Of a DNA stretch of 64,000 nucleotides, positions 37,753 through 47,552 are shown one piece after another; the stretch's first letter is position 1; the number at the start of each line of letters is the position of its first letter. The translations under genes and the position numbers were made by a program. The stretch comes from Patescibacteria group bacterium (GTDB lineage Bacteria; Patescibacteriota; Minisyncoccia; Phycocordibacterales; Phycocordibacteraceae). The notes beneath the pieces are model-generated. The model was not told the origin of the DNA. It was given only the letters and a program-made list of their open reading frames with translations, and searched no databases. The stretch spans positions 612 through 64,611 of the forward strand of contig JBBTSV010000005.1 of assembly GCA_038064595.1 (NCBI GenBank). The letters run 5' to 3'.

Positions 37753-39078
37753 ATGAAGAGAACACTTATCGGGGAGCTGGGGCAGAACGTAGGCAAGGAG
37801 GTGATGATCTCGGGCTGGGTCGACGTGCGCCGCGACCACGGCAAGCTCGTCTTCCTCGATATCCGCGACCGCTCGGGCTCTGTTCAGAGTGTCTGCCTAC
37901 CCAATCATGCAGAGGCTCTCGAGACCGCGCAGAAGCTGCGGCCTGAATGGGTGGTCACTATCGAAGGCGTGGTCAACGAGCGCCCCGAGAAGATGCGCAC
38001 CGACGGAGTCAACGGGAGCATCGAGCTCGAGGCGACTGCCGTGAGCGTGCTCGCCGAGGCAGCCGAGCTCCCATTCCCCAAAGACGAGGAGGTCAATCTC
38101 GACACGCGACTCGACAACCGCCCGCTCACGCTCCGGAGCGCGCGCGAGCGCGCAATCTTCTCCGTGCAGGCGACTATTGTCGACGCGTATCGTCGCTCAC
38201 TCGCGCGCCAAGGCTTCACTGAGTTTATGGCTCCCGGGCTTGTGGGCGGCGACGCCGAGGGCGGCGCCGCAGTCTTCAAGGTTGGCTACTATGACCACCC
38301 CGCCGCTTACCTCGCGACCTCGCCGCAGCTCTACAAGCAGATCATGGTAGGCGTCTATGAGCGCGTCTCGACTATCGCCAAGGTCTTCCGCGCCGAGAAG
38401 AGCTCCACCACTCGCCACCTCTCGGAGTCGACACAAATGGACTTTGAGATTGGCTTTATCAAAGATGAAAATGATGTGATGGACGTCTTGGAGACCACGA
38501 TCCGCGATGTGGTGAAGGAGGTCAGCGAGAAGCATGCCGGCGCCTTCGCTCTGCTCGGCGCGGAGGCGCCACAGCTCGGTGATAAGTTCCCGCGCATCAC
38601 GCTCCGCGAGGCGCAGGAGATCGTCGGCAGCAGCGAGGACGATATGGACCCAGAAGGGGAGCGCACAATCTGCGAGTGGGCCAAGAAGGAGCACGGGAGC
38701 GACTTCATCTTCATCACCAAGTTCCCCGCTAAGGTGCGCGCCTTCTATACCATGCCGGACGAAGCGGCGGGAGAAGGGCTCTCACGCGGCTTTGACCTCC
38801 TCTTCCGTGGGCTGGAGATCAACAGCGGCGCACAGCGCATCCACCAGTACGACGAGATGGTGAAGCGCTTTGAGGCACGCGGGATGGACCCCAAGAAGTT
38901 CTCCTTCTATCTCCAAGCATTTAAATATGGCATGCCGCCGCACGGCGGCTGCTCCACCGGCCTCGATCGCTTCACGATGAAAATGCTCGGCCTCGAGAAC
39001 GTGCGCGAGAGCTCTCTCTTCCCGCGCGACATGAACCGCATCGACACGCGCCTCACTCTCGATGAAGATAACGCTTAA
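37753..39078 (+). CDS. aspS: Aspartyl-tRNA synthetase, archaeal/eukaryal-like short form
   Basis: 441 aa; FRAEKSSTTRHLSE motif 2 region and GGCSTGLDRFTM motif 3; no bacterial GAD insertion; ATG follows TTGTGGTATTTTA. Confidence 0.85.
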   Translation: MKRTLIGELGQNVGKEVMISGWVDVRRDHGKLVFLDIRDRSGSVQSVCLPNHAEALETAQKLRPEWVVTIEGVVNERPEKMRTDGVNGSIELEATAVSVLAEAAELPFPKDEEVNLDTRLDNRPLTLRSARERAIFSVQATIVDAYRRSLARQGFTEFMAPGLVGGDAEGGAAVFKVGYYDHPAAYLATSPQLYKQIMVGVYERVSTIAKVFRAEKSSTTRHLSESTQMDFEIGFIKDENDVMDVLETTIRDVVKEVSEKHAGAFALLGAEAPQLGDKFPRITLREAQEIVGSSEDDMDPEGERTICEWAKKEHGSDFIFITKFPAKVRAFYTMPDEAAGEGLSRGFDLLFRGLEINSGAQRIHQYDEMVKRFEARGMDPKKFSFYLQAFKYGMPPHGGCSTGLDRFTMKMLGLENVRESSLFPRDMNRIDTRLTLDEDNA

Positions 39079-40561
39079 CAAAGGCTCGTACGACAGCGCA
39101 CCAAAAGAGTACGTGCGTACTGTGCTCACTGACGACGCCAAGGATCACCAGAAGTTTCTCAAAGAGAACGGCATCGAGACCCTCCTGCTTGGAACAGGCC
39201 TGCCTGCCGGCAAGGCAGGGAAAAGTGAGGAGATGAATCTCCGGCAGTTCCGGCTCCTCTGTCGCCGGATAGTCAACGTCGCCAAGAAGAATAAGATTAA
39301 GAAGATAGCGATCCAGTTTGACCGTACTCCATCCCTTTTTAAAAACTTACACGGCATCTCGCCGGAGAAAATTTCAGAAGTCGCTGCCGAGAGCTTTCTG
39401 ATGGCGGGCTACGAGCACATCAGTTTCAAGACCAAGCCCAAAGAAGGGTGGGGTGGGGTTGAGGAGCTGCGTGCCTACTCACATGTTGGACGTACGACGT
39501 CCAACATTGAGGCGGGGGTGAGGCGGGGGCAGGAGATCGGGCGAGCGGTGAACGCGTGCCGTGAGCTCGCCAACACCCCCGCCGGGCACATGACCCCGAG
39601 CGTGCTCGCCGCAGCAGCCAAGAAGGCGGTGAAGGGCCTGCCGGTTAAGGTAACCGTGCTCGGTGAAGCCCAGATGAAGAAGCTCGGCATGGGCGCGATC
39701 CTCGGCGTCGCCAAGGGGTCAAGCGAGAAGCCGACCTTTACGATCATGAGTTACAGCCCCTCGACGGGTTCGACAAGCTCACCACAAGCAAAAGCTCGGG
39801 GCAATAAGAACAACGGCAGACCGATTGTTCTTATCGGTAAAGGCGTTACCTTTGACAGTGGCGGGCTCAATTTGAAACCTTCGAGCAGTATCTACGAGAT
39901 GCATCTCGATATGTCGGGCGCGGCGGCGGTGATCCACGCAGTGGCGCTCGCCGCACGCCTGAAGGTGAAGCGCTCGGTCATCGGGATCTTCCCAGCGGTT
40001 GAGAACATGCCGGGTAATGAGGCGTATCGCCCGGGTGACGTCTTGACGTCACTCTCGGGTAAGACGATTGAGGTCCTCGACACCGATGCCGAGGGGCGAC
40101 TCATCCTTGCCGATGCGATCACGTATGCGAAGCGTTTTAAGCCCGCGGTGGTGGTCGACGTCGCGACCTTGACCGGCGCTGCTCTCGGAGCCTTGGGCCA
40201 ACACGCGAACGCCTTCCTCACTCGCGACGAGAAACTCGCGAAACAGGTGGAGGAGAGTGCCGAGCGCTCCGGCGACTACAGCTGGCGCCTGCCACTCTGG
40301 GATGAGTATGAAGAACGAGTGAGGGGCACCTTTGCCGACCTTAAGAATGTCCCGGGTGGCTCGACGAGCCGCTACGGTGGGGCGATCGACGGGGCGATGT
40401 TTCTCTGGCAATTTGCCAAAGAGCTCGAGTGCCCTTGGGCACACATAGATATGGCTCCACGGATGACGAGCGTGAAGGGTGACGAGCTTGCCGAGGGTGC
40501 CTGTGGCGAGCCGGTGCGCCTCCTCTTCGACCTGATCGAGAATTATGCCGTACACGATTAA
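39062..40561 (+). CDS. pepA: M17 leucyl aminopeptidase
   Basis: NTDAEGRLILAD signature and metal-binding residues. Confidence 0.9.
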   Translation: MKITLNKGSYDSAPKEYVRTVLTDDAKDHQKFLKENGIETLLLGTGLPAGKAGKSEEMNLRQFRLLCRRIVNVAKKNKIKKIAIQFDRTPSLFKNLHGISPEKISEVAAESFLMAGYEHISFKTKPKEGWGGVEELRAYSHVGRTTSNIEAGVRRGQEIGRAVNACRELANTPAGHMTPSVLAAAAKKAVKGLPVKVTVLGEAQMKKLGMGAILGVAKGSSEKPTFTIMSYSPSTGSTSSPQAKARGNKNNGRPIVLIGKGVTFDSGGLNLKPSSSIYEMHLDMSGAAAVIHAVALAARLKVKRSVIGIFPAVENMPGNEAYRPGDVLTSLSGKTIEVLDTDAEGRLILADAITYAKRFKPAVVVDVATLTGAALGALGQHANAFLTRDEKLAKQVEESAERSGDYSWRLPLWDEYEERVRGTFADLKNVPGGSTSRYGGAIDGAMFLWQFAKELECPWAHIDMAPRMTSVKGDELAEGACGEPVRLLFDLIENYAVHD

Positions 40562-41267
40562 AACGCCAGAATACGAGGGGCCCTTTGAGATCCTGCTTGA
40601 TCTTATCGAGGAGCGTAAGCTCTTGGTTAACGATCTAGCACTCTCGCAAATCACTGAAGACTTTATTCAACACGTGCGTGCACAGGCAGATTTTCCCATC
40701 GAGGAGACCGCCACCTTCATCCAGATCGCGGCGACCCTCATTTTAATTAAATCGAAGTCGCTCATTCCTGATCTTACTCTCTCTGAAGATGAAAATGCGG
40801 ATGTTGAAGACCTGAAGCGGCGCCTCGCCGCCTATGAGAAGGTGCGTGAGGCCTCGCGCGAGCTCGGGAGAGCGTGGGGTCACCATCCGCTCTTCACGAT
40901 CGGCGAGCGCGCGATCGAACCCTTCTTCTCTCCTGCGCGCGACCTCTCAGCCGGAGCGCTCGCTGAGGCGCTCGCGCGCGTCCTCGCGGCGCGTAAGGAG
41001 GTGGAGGAGCTGCCCGAAGCGAGAGTGAAGCCGCTGGTTACCATCGAGGAGATGATGGACGCGCTCGCCAAGCGTGTGCAGAGCGCCATGACGCTCTCCT
41101 TTAAAGAGTTTTCCGGAAGTAATAAAGAGAAGATCGAGGTGATCGTTTCTTTCCTCGCGCTCCTTGAGCTCGTGAAGCAGGGGGCGATAGAGGCCGAGCA
41201 ATTCGACCAACACGGCGATATCCGCCTCAAGCACACCGCTTCCGCCTCCGTGCCTCATTATGGCTAA
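40545..41267 (+). CDS. scpA: Segregation and condensation protein A
   Basis: 240 aa kleisin with LVNDLALSQITEDF N-terminus and C-terminal winged helix. Confidence 0.8.
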   Translation: MPYTIKTPEYEGPFEILLDLIEERKLLVNDLALSQITEDFIQHVRAQADFPIEETATFIQIAATLILIKSKSLIPDLTLSEDENADVEDLKRRLAAYEKVREASRELGRAWGHHPLFTIGERAIEPFFSPARDLSAGALAEALARVLAARKEVEELPEARVKPLVTIEEMMDALAKRVQSAMTLSFKEFSGSNKEKIEVIVSFLALLELVKQGAIEAEQFDQHGDIRLKHTASASVPHYG

Positions 41268-41344
41268 CTAGCCAAGTCTGACTTAGCTAGTTCCCCCAAG
41301 CAAAACATTGCTCACGAGGGAGGGCGCGACTATACTAGAGGACA

Positions 41345-41950
41345 ATGCTCACGCCTCCTGCCGCTGTTCATGCCCTCCTCTTTGCCGCGAGTGGCCCCTT
41401 GACTAAAGAGCATCTCGGCGAGCTCTTGAATCTAGATCAAAAGGAGCTCGCGCTTGTGCTTAACGCTACCGCCGCGCTTCTGAAGGGGAGCGGTGAGACC
41501 TTGATCGAGACCGCCGATGAGGTGGAGCTCCGCACGAGCTTTGAGGCTGCGCCGATCGTGAAGAAGCTCCGCGAGAGCGAGCTCTCGCGCGATGTGGGGA
41601 AGGCGAGTATGGAAACCTTGGCGGTGATTGCATACTCAACCCCGACGTCGAAAGTCGGGGCTCCGACCGGAAGCGTCGGAGATGGCGCGACGCGCGGCGA
41701 GGTCGACTGGGTCCGCGGGGTAAACTCTTCTGCCTCACTCCGCACGCTTCTGATGCGCGGGCTCATCGAGGGGAGGGAAGACCCCACCGATAAACGCCGT
41801 ATCCGTTATACGCTCACCACCGAGGCGCTCGCACACCTCGGTATCACCAGCGTGAAGGATCTCCCGCGTGCTGAAGAGCTCCATGCGGGTGCCGCCGCGA
41901 TTATTGAACACGAAAAGGCTGATGCCGCCACCTTCCCTGACCCTGAATAA
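41345..41950 (+). CDS. scpB: Segregation and condensation protein B
   Basis: Two winged-helix repeats; follows scpA. Confidence 0.75.
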   Translation: MLTPPAAVHALLFAASGPLTKEHLGELLNLDQKELALVLNATAALLKGSGETLIETADEVELRTSFEAAPIVKKLRESELSRDVGKASMETLAVIAYSTPTSKVGAPTGSVGDGATRGEVDWVRGVNSSASLRTLLMRGLIEGREDPTDKRRIRYTLTTEALAHLGITSVKDLPRAEELHAGAAAIIEHEKADAATFPDPE

Positions 41951-41951
41951 T

Positions 41952-42890
41952 ATGGACTCTCAACAGCTGCACCAGCTCGCCAAGCAGAAGCGCTCAAACC
42001 GTGAGGTCGGGATCACGCTCCTCATTTCATCGGCGATCCTCGCCCTTTTTCTTTTTGTCCCTCTCGACGCGCCCGCGCCGCCGACACCGATTGCAGCACC
42101 TCCAACGACTACGGCGTTTGATCGGGTACCGATCGAGGCGACGGCCGCTATCGTCTATGATCTTGCTACGGGCGAAACGCTCTTTGCTAAAAACGCTGAT
42201 GCGCAGCTCCCCTTGGCCTCACTCACCAAGCTCCTTACCGTCTACACAGCACTCCAGTATCTCGCGCTTGATACCCCGATCACCATCCCTAGAGAGGCGA
42301 CTACGCTTGAAGCGCCGCGGGCTTTTGCCGCAGGCCAAGTGTTTAGTCTCTCTGACGTTGCTCGACTAACCCTCACAGCATCGCTCAACGACGGCGCTGC
42401 GGCGATTCTTGCTGCCGCTGCTGCACAGATGGACCGCACACCAGAAGAGGCGCTCGCAGGTGCCGCTGCGGCACTCAACCTCTCGCAGACCTATGCAGTG
42501 AACGGGAGCGGGCTTGATGTCACGGGTATGATCTCTGGTGGCTATGGCTCGGCACGCGACCTCGCACTCCTCTCCGGCGCGCTTGTGGAGCGCGCACCCA
42601 CCGTTGCAGCGGCGACAACGCTCCCAGAGGCAAGTGCGACTTCAAAGGGCGGGACCTCCTTCACGGTACTCAACACCGACCCGATCGTCGAGACCATTCC
42701 CCATATCCTTCTCTCCAAAACAGGGTACACGAATCTCGCTGACGGCAACCTCGCCCTTGTTTTTGACGTGGGGATCGACCATCCTATCGCGGTGGTCGTG
42801 CTCGGCTCGAGTAAAACGGCACGCTTTACCGACGGGGCCGCGCTCGTTGCCGCCACGCTCGCTCACTTTGCCGGAGTGTCTTCTCTATGA
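41952..42890 (+). CDS. D-alanyl-D-alanine carboxypeptidase (S11 family, PBP5-like)
   Basis: SLTK (SxxK) and KTGYT (KTG) motifs after an N-terminal signal anchor. Confidence 0.8.
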   Translation: MDSQQLHQLAKQKRSNREVGITLLISSAILALFLFVPLDAPAPPTPIAAPPTTTAFDRVPIEATAAIVYDLATGETLFAKNADAQLPLASLTKLLTVYTALQYLALDTPITIPREATTLEAPRAFAAGQVFSLSDVARLTLTASLNDGAAAILAAAAAQMDRTPEEALAGAAAALNLSQTYAVNGSGLDVTGMISGGYGSARDLALLSGALVERAPTVAAATTLPEASATSKGGTSFTVLNTDPIVETIPHILLSKTGYTNLADGNLALVFDVGIDHPIAVVVLGSSKTARFTDGAALVAATLAHFAGVSSL

Positions 42891-43951
42891 TCACGAGCAG
42901 TATCGTTGATGTGTTTATCCCAGCCGCTGCGGCCTTCGTCTACGGCATCGTGAGCGCCCCTCTCCTCACGCATTACCTTTTTAAATATCGGGTGTGGAAG
43001 AAGGTGGTCGCCAAGACGGCACTCGACGGTACCCCCGCAGTCGAGTTTGAGCAGCTGCGTGGTGAAGCCGAGACCAGTACGCCCCGCATGGGCGGGGTGC
43101 TCATCTGGGCGAGTGTCGCCGTGGTCACACTCGGCATCTGGGGGCTCGCGCGAGCGATGCCGACGCCGTTTCTCACGCAGCTTGACTTCTTGAGCCGTTC
43201 GCAGACCTGGATCCCGCTCTTTACCCTAGTCGCGGGTGGCGTGATGGGCTTTGTGAACGATCTCTTTGACATCCGCCCAGCGGGGGAGCGGGGCGTACCG
43301 CTGCGCTGGCGCCTCCTCTTTGTCACGATTGTTTCGCTCGGGATCGGCACATGGTTTTTTGTAAAGTTGGGGGTGGCCACGGTCGCGCTCCCGGGCCTCG
43401 ATGCGCTCACGCTCGGCGTGTGGATCGTCCCGCTCTTTGTCATCACATCGCTCTGGCTCTATGCGGGCGGCGTGATCGACGGGATCGATGGCCTCTCTGG
43501 AGGCGTCTTCGGCGGTATCTACATGGCCTATGCAGGCATTGCATACTTTCAAAACCAAATCGATCTTGCAGCCTTTTGTGCGACCGTTGCTGGCGCTATT
43601 CTCGCCTTTCTCTGGTTTAACATCCCGCCCGCGCGTTTCTGGATGACCGAGACCGGCACGATGGGGCTCACCATGACTCTCGCTGTGGTCGCCTTTATGA
43701 CCGACACCCCCGGCGGCGGCCACGGGATCATCGCACTTCCCGTGATTGCGTTCCCCCTCGTGATCACGGTCGCCTCCAACATTATCCAGGTGACGTCAAA
43801 GCGACTGCGGGGCAAAAAGGTGTTTCGCATCGCCCCGCTTCACCACCACTTTGAAGCGATCGGCTGGCCCTCCTACAAGGTGACGATGCGTTACTGGATT
43901 ATCTCGGTCATGTGCGCGATTATCGGTATGACGCTCGCACTCTTGAAGTAG
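42887..43951 (+). CDS. mraY: Phospho-N-acetylmuramoyl-pentapeptide transferase
   Basis: 10-TM protein with DGIDGL motif. Confidence 0.9.
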   Translation: MITSSIVDVFIPAAAAFVYGIVSAPLLTHYLFKYRVWKKVVAKTALDGTPAVEFEQLRGEAETSTPRMGGVLIWASVAVVTLGIWGLARAMPTPFLTQLDFLSRSQTWIPLFTLVAGGVMGFVNDLFDIRPAGERGVPLRWRLLFVTIVSLGIGTWFFVKLGVATVALPGLDALTLGVWIVPLFVITSLWLYAGGVIDGIDGLSGGVFGGIYMAYAGIAYFQNQIDLAAFCATVAGAILAFLWFNIPPARFWMTETGTMGLTMTLAVVAFMTDTPGGGHGIIALPVIAFPLVITVASNIIQVTSKRLRGKKVFRIAPLHHHFEAIGWPSYKVTMRYWIISVMCAIIGMTLALLK

Positions 43952-43952
43952 T

Positions 43953-45056
43953 ATGAAGCTCGTATCGGGTGACAAAGTGTTTGTGCTCCTTGTGCTTATC
44001 ACGGTGCTCGCCGGGCTGGGGATCTTCTCATCAGCGACACTCGGGCTCCTCGCGCGAGAAAATGCCTCGGTCGCCCAAGACATTTTATTTCAGGCGGGGG
44101 TAGGGTTTGGTCTCGGTGCGATTGCGTTTCTAAGCGCTCGCGCTATCCCTCTCACATTCATTCGTCGGTACGCCCTCCTTCTTTTTGTACTCTCTCTGTG
44201 TGCGACCGCACTCGTTTTTGTTCCCGGACTCGGGTTCAATGCAGGAGGAGCAACTCGTTGGATTGACATCGGCTTCACGACCGTTCAACCGGCCGAGTTT
44301 CTCAAGATCGGTTTCGTGATCATGCTCGCTGCGCTTTTGTCGTCACGCGCTCATCATCTCAAAACGATCCGTCTAGGCCTCCTGCCGTTTGGTCTCGTGC
44401 TCGCCGTGCCTGCGGCGATCCTTCTTGCGCAACCCAATACCTCGACCACCCTCCTCCTCTTGGCAACCGGCTCGGCGATGTACTTTGCCGCGGGCGCTCC
44501 GCTGCGTGACTTTGGCATACTCTTTGTCTGTGCGGTGGTGGCTCTCGGCCTCGTGGTTGCGTCACGGCCCTATGTCCTTGACCGCATCACCACCTTTATT
44601 CATCCGACGCGAGACTCATTCGGCAGCGGCTATCAGATCCAGCAGTCGCTTATTGCGGTCGGCTCGGGCGGATTGTTTGGTCGCGGTTTTGGTCAGAGTG
44701 TCGAGAAGTTTAACTATCTCCCCGAGCCTGATGGCGACTCCATCTTCGCCGTCTTTGCTGAAGAGACGGGTTTTGTGGGAGCCGTATTGCTGGTGCTCCT
44801 CTTTCTTGGTCTCGTGGCGCGCGGGATCGTGATCGCTGGCAAGGCGCGGGATATGTTTAGCGGATTGTTGGCGCTGGGGTTCTCCTTTCTCATAGGAATC
44901 CAAGTATTTATGAATATCGGAGCGATGTTGGGGATGATCCCTCTCACGGGCCTGCCGCTCCCGTTTATCTCGCACGGTGGGACCGCGCTTGTGGCAATGC
45001 TTGTTATGTGTGGTCTTATCCTGAACGTTGCTGCCCACCGTACCGAGACAACGTAG
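43953..45056 (+). CDS. ftsW: SEDS-family peptidoglycan glycosyltransferase FtsW/RodA
   Basis: 367 aa multi-TM, conserved SEDS C-terminal region, between mraY and murG. Confidence 0.85.
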   Translation: MKLVSGDKVFVLLVLITVLAGLGIFSSATLGLLARENASVAQDILFQAGVGFGLGAIAFLSARAIPLTFIRRYALLLFVLSLCATALVFVPGLGFNAGGATRWIDIGFTTVQPAEFLKIGFVIMLAALLSSRAHHLKTIRLGLLPFGLVLAVPAAILLAQPNTSTTLLLLATGSAMYFAAGAPLRDFGILFVCAVVALGLVVASRPYVLDRITTFIHPTRDSFGSGYQIQQSLIAVGSGGLFGRGFGQSVEKFNYLPEPDGDSIFAVFAEETGFVGAVLLVLLFLGLVARGIVIAGKARDMFSGLLALGFSFLIGIQVFMNIGAMLGMIPLTGLPLPFISHGGTALVAMLVMCGLILNVAAHRTETT

Positions 45057-45082
45057 CCCCCTATACGCTATACTTCTGACCA

Positions 45083-46222
45083 ATGACCATCGTGTTTACG
45101 GGAGGAGGGACAGGAGGGCATTTTTACCCCATTATTGCTATTTCAGAGGCGATACAGGATCTCGTGCGAGAGAAACATTTGATCGCTCCCAAGCTCTATT
45201 TTCTCGCACCCGCACCCTTTGACCAGAACGCCCTCTTTGAAAACGGGATCGGCTATATCCATACGCCAGCAGGGAAGATGCGCCGCTACTTCTCGCTCCG
45301 CAATATTACCGACTTCTTTGTCACGCTAGCGGGGACATTTTCGGCGCTCGTGACTCTGTACCGACTCTACCCGGATGTGGTGGTGAGCAAGGGGGGCTAC
45401 GCGAGCGTGCCTGCGGTCTTTGCTGCATGGCTCCTGCGGATCCCGGTAATCATCCACGAATCAGATGCGAAGCCGGGACGCGCCAACCTCTTCGCCGCGA
45501 AGTTCGCAAAGAAAATTGCGATCTCATTTGACTCTGCGGCAGCTTTCTTCCCTAAGAAGGTACAGAACAGGATTGCTCTCACGGGGATCCCAATCAGGAA
45601 AGCGCTCATGCGTGTTGAAACAGAAGGTGCAAACCAGTACCTCACCCTCGAGCCCGAGGTGCCCACCGTTTTCATCCTCGGTGGATCGCAGGGCGCGCAG
45701 CGGATTAATGAAGTCGTGCTTTCAGCGCTCCCCGATCTCGTGCGCATCTCCAATGTCATCCATCAAACGGGCCGTGCCAACTTTAAAAACGTGCAGGGAA
45801 TCTCTCAAGTTATTCTCGCCAAAGAGGTTCATGCGAATCGGTATCATCCGGTCGACTACCTTTCCGAGATCTCGATGCAACGCGCGGCTGGCGTCGCATC
45901 GATTATCGTCTCGCGTGCGGGCGCGAACGCGCTCGCCGAGATTGGACTCTGGAAGCGCCCCGCAATCATCATCCCTATCCCCGAGTCGGTGAGCCATGAC
46001 CAGCACAGTAATGCCTACAGCTACGCACGCACCGGCGCAGGTGTGGTGCTTGAAGAGGCCAATCTCACCCCGCACGTCCTCGTCTCCGAGATCCAGCGCA
46101 TCACGAGCGATAAGGCACTCTCGGCGAAGATGGCAGCTGCGGCTGAAGGTTTTACCAATCCAGACGCGGCAAAGATTCTTGCGGAGCAGGTGCTCGCACT
46201 CGCACTTTCGCACGAACTATGA
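45083..46222 (+). CDS. murG: UDP-GlcNAc:lipid I GlcNAc transferase MurG
   Basis: GGTGGHFYP N-terminal motif. Confidence 0.9.
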   Translation: MTIVFTGGGTGGHFYPIIAISEAIQDLVREKHLIAPKLYFLAPAPFDQNALFENGIGYIHTPAGKMRRYFSLRNITDFFVTLAGTFSALVTLYRLYPDVVVSKGGYASVPAVFAAWLLRIPVIIHESDAKPGRANLFAAKFAKKIAISFDSAAAFFPKKVQNRIALTGIPIRKALMRVETEGANQYLTLEPEVPTVFILGGSQGAQRINEVVLSALPDLVRISNVIHQTGRANFKNVQGISQVILAKEVHANRYHPVDYLSEISMQRAAGVASIIVSRAGANALAEIGLWKRPAIIIPIPESVSHDQHSNAYSYARTGAGVVLEEANLTPHVLVSEIQRITSDKALSAKMAAAAEGFTNPDAAKILAEQVLALALSHEL

Positions 46223-47550
46223 GCAGCGTCGTTACTCGTTTTGCCCCGTCTCCTACCGGCCTCAAGCATGCCGGTAATTACCGCACCGCAGTTTTTTGTT
46301 ATCTCTTTGCAAAGAAACATAACGGCTCATTCTTGATCCGTATAGAAGACACCGATGCAGCACGCGAAAAGGAGGGGGCAGAGCAAATCATCTTTGACAC
46401 TCTCGCGTGGCTTGGACTCACGTATACCGAGCCCGCCACGCGCTCGAGCGACCGTATTGAGAGACATAAAGAACTGCTACAGAAATTAGTTTCTGAAGAT
46501 AAGGCTTACCTATCCCACGAGCCAAAAAAAGACGACCCGACGCAAACGGTTGACGTGGTGCGTCTCCGCAATCCAAAAACAAACATTACCTTTCACGACG
46601 AGGTACGGGGTGACATTACCTTTGATACTACCGAACACGGCGATTTTGTTATCGCGCGCGCCATCGATGACCCTCTCTATCACTTTGCCGTCGTTGTGGA
46701 CGACGGTGATGCGGGCATCACTCACATCATTCGCGGTGAAGACCATATTTCCAACACGCCACGACATATCCTCATCCAGCGAGCGCTTGGCTTTAGTCAA
46801 CCAAGCTATACCCATTTGCCACTTCTTCTTGGCACTGACCGTTCAAAACTCTCAACACGCAATGGCGCCAAACCGCTTATTGAATACCGCGATACGGGGG
46901 TCCTGTCCGAAGCGATGCTCAACTACCTCGCCCTTTTAGGGTGGAACCCGGGAGATGAACGAGAATACCTATCCAAACAAGAATTAATCGACTCTTTCGA
47001 TCTCTCTCGGGTGCAAAGAGGCGGTGCGGTCTTCGACGAGGTGAAGCTCTTCTCGGTCAACCACCACTGGATGCGCAAGCTCTCAGTCGACGACTACCTC
47101 TCGCACCTCAATATGAAAGACCTCGGAGGTCTTTCATTACAGAAGGTGGTGCCGCTTCTGCAGGAGCGGGCCAAAACCTTTGGCGAAGCACGAGAGATGC
47201 TCACGGGCGAGCTCTCCTGCTTCTTCGAGGAACCGACCCTCGAGCGGGAAAAGCTCCTTATGAAGGAGCTTCCGGAGCGGCCTGGCGTGGCCAAAACGGC
47301 TCTGGAGGGCCTCTTTGGGCTCATTTCTGGCCTCCCTGAAGGCCTTTCTCCGGAGTCGGTAAAAGAGGCCATTATGCCCGTGGCCGACGAGCAGGAGGCA
47401 GTAGGGAAGGGAGGTCGCGGAGCCGTTCTCTGGCCACTCCGCTACGCTCTCTCGGGTAAGGAGCGCTCGCCCGACCCCTTCACCCTCATCTCAATATTAG
47501 GTGTTCCCGTCGCTACTGCGCGGATACAGAGCGCTATTGCTATACTGTAA
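46219..47550 (+). CDS. gltX: Glutamyl-tRNA synthetase (short form)
   Basis: PSPTGLKHAGN (HIGH-type) and KLSTR (KMSKS-type). Confidence 0.9.
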   Translation: MSSVVTRFAPSPTGLKHAGNYRTAVFCYLFAKKHNGSFLIRIEDTDAAREKEGAEQIIFDTLAWLGLTYTEPATRSSDRIERHKELLQKLVSEDKAYLSHEPKKDDPTQTVDVVRLRNPKTNITFHDEVRGDITFDTTEHGDFVIARAIDDPLYHFAVVVDDGDAGITHIIRGEDHISNTPRHILIQRALGFSQPSYTHLPLLLGTDRSKLSTRNGAKPLIEYRDTGVLSEAMLNYLALLGWNPGDEREYLSKQELIDSFDLSRVQRGGAVFDEVKLFSVNHHWMRKLSVDDYLSHLNMKDLGGLSLQKVVPLLQERAKTFGEAREMLTGELSCFFEEPTLEREKLLMKELPERPGVAKTALEGLFGLISGLPEGLSPESVKEAIMPVADEQEAVGKGGRGAVLWPLRYALSGKERSPDPFTLISILGVPVATARIQSAIAIL

Positions 47551-47552
47551 GG

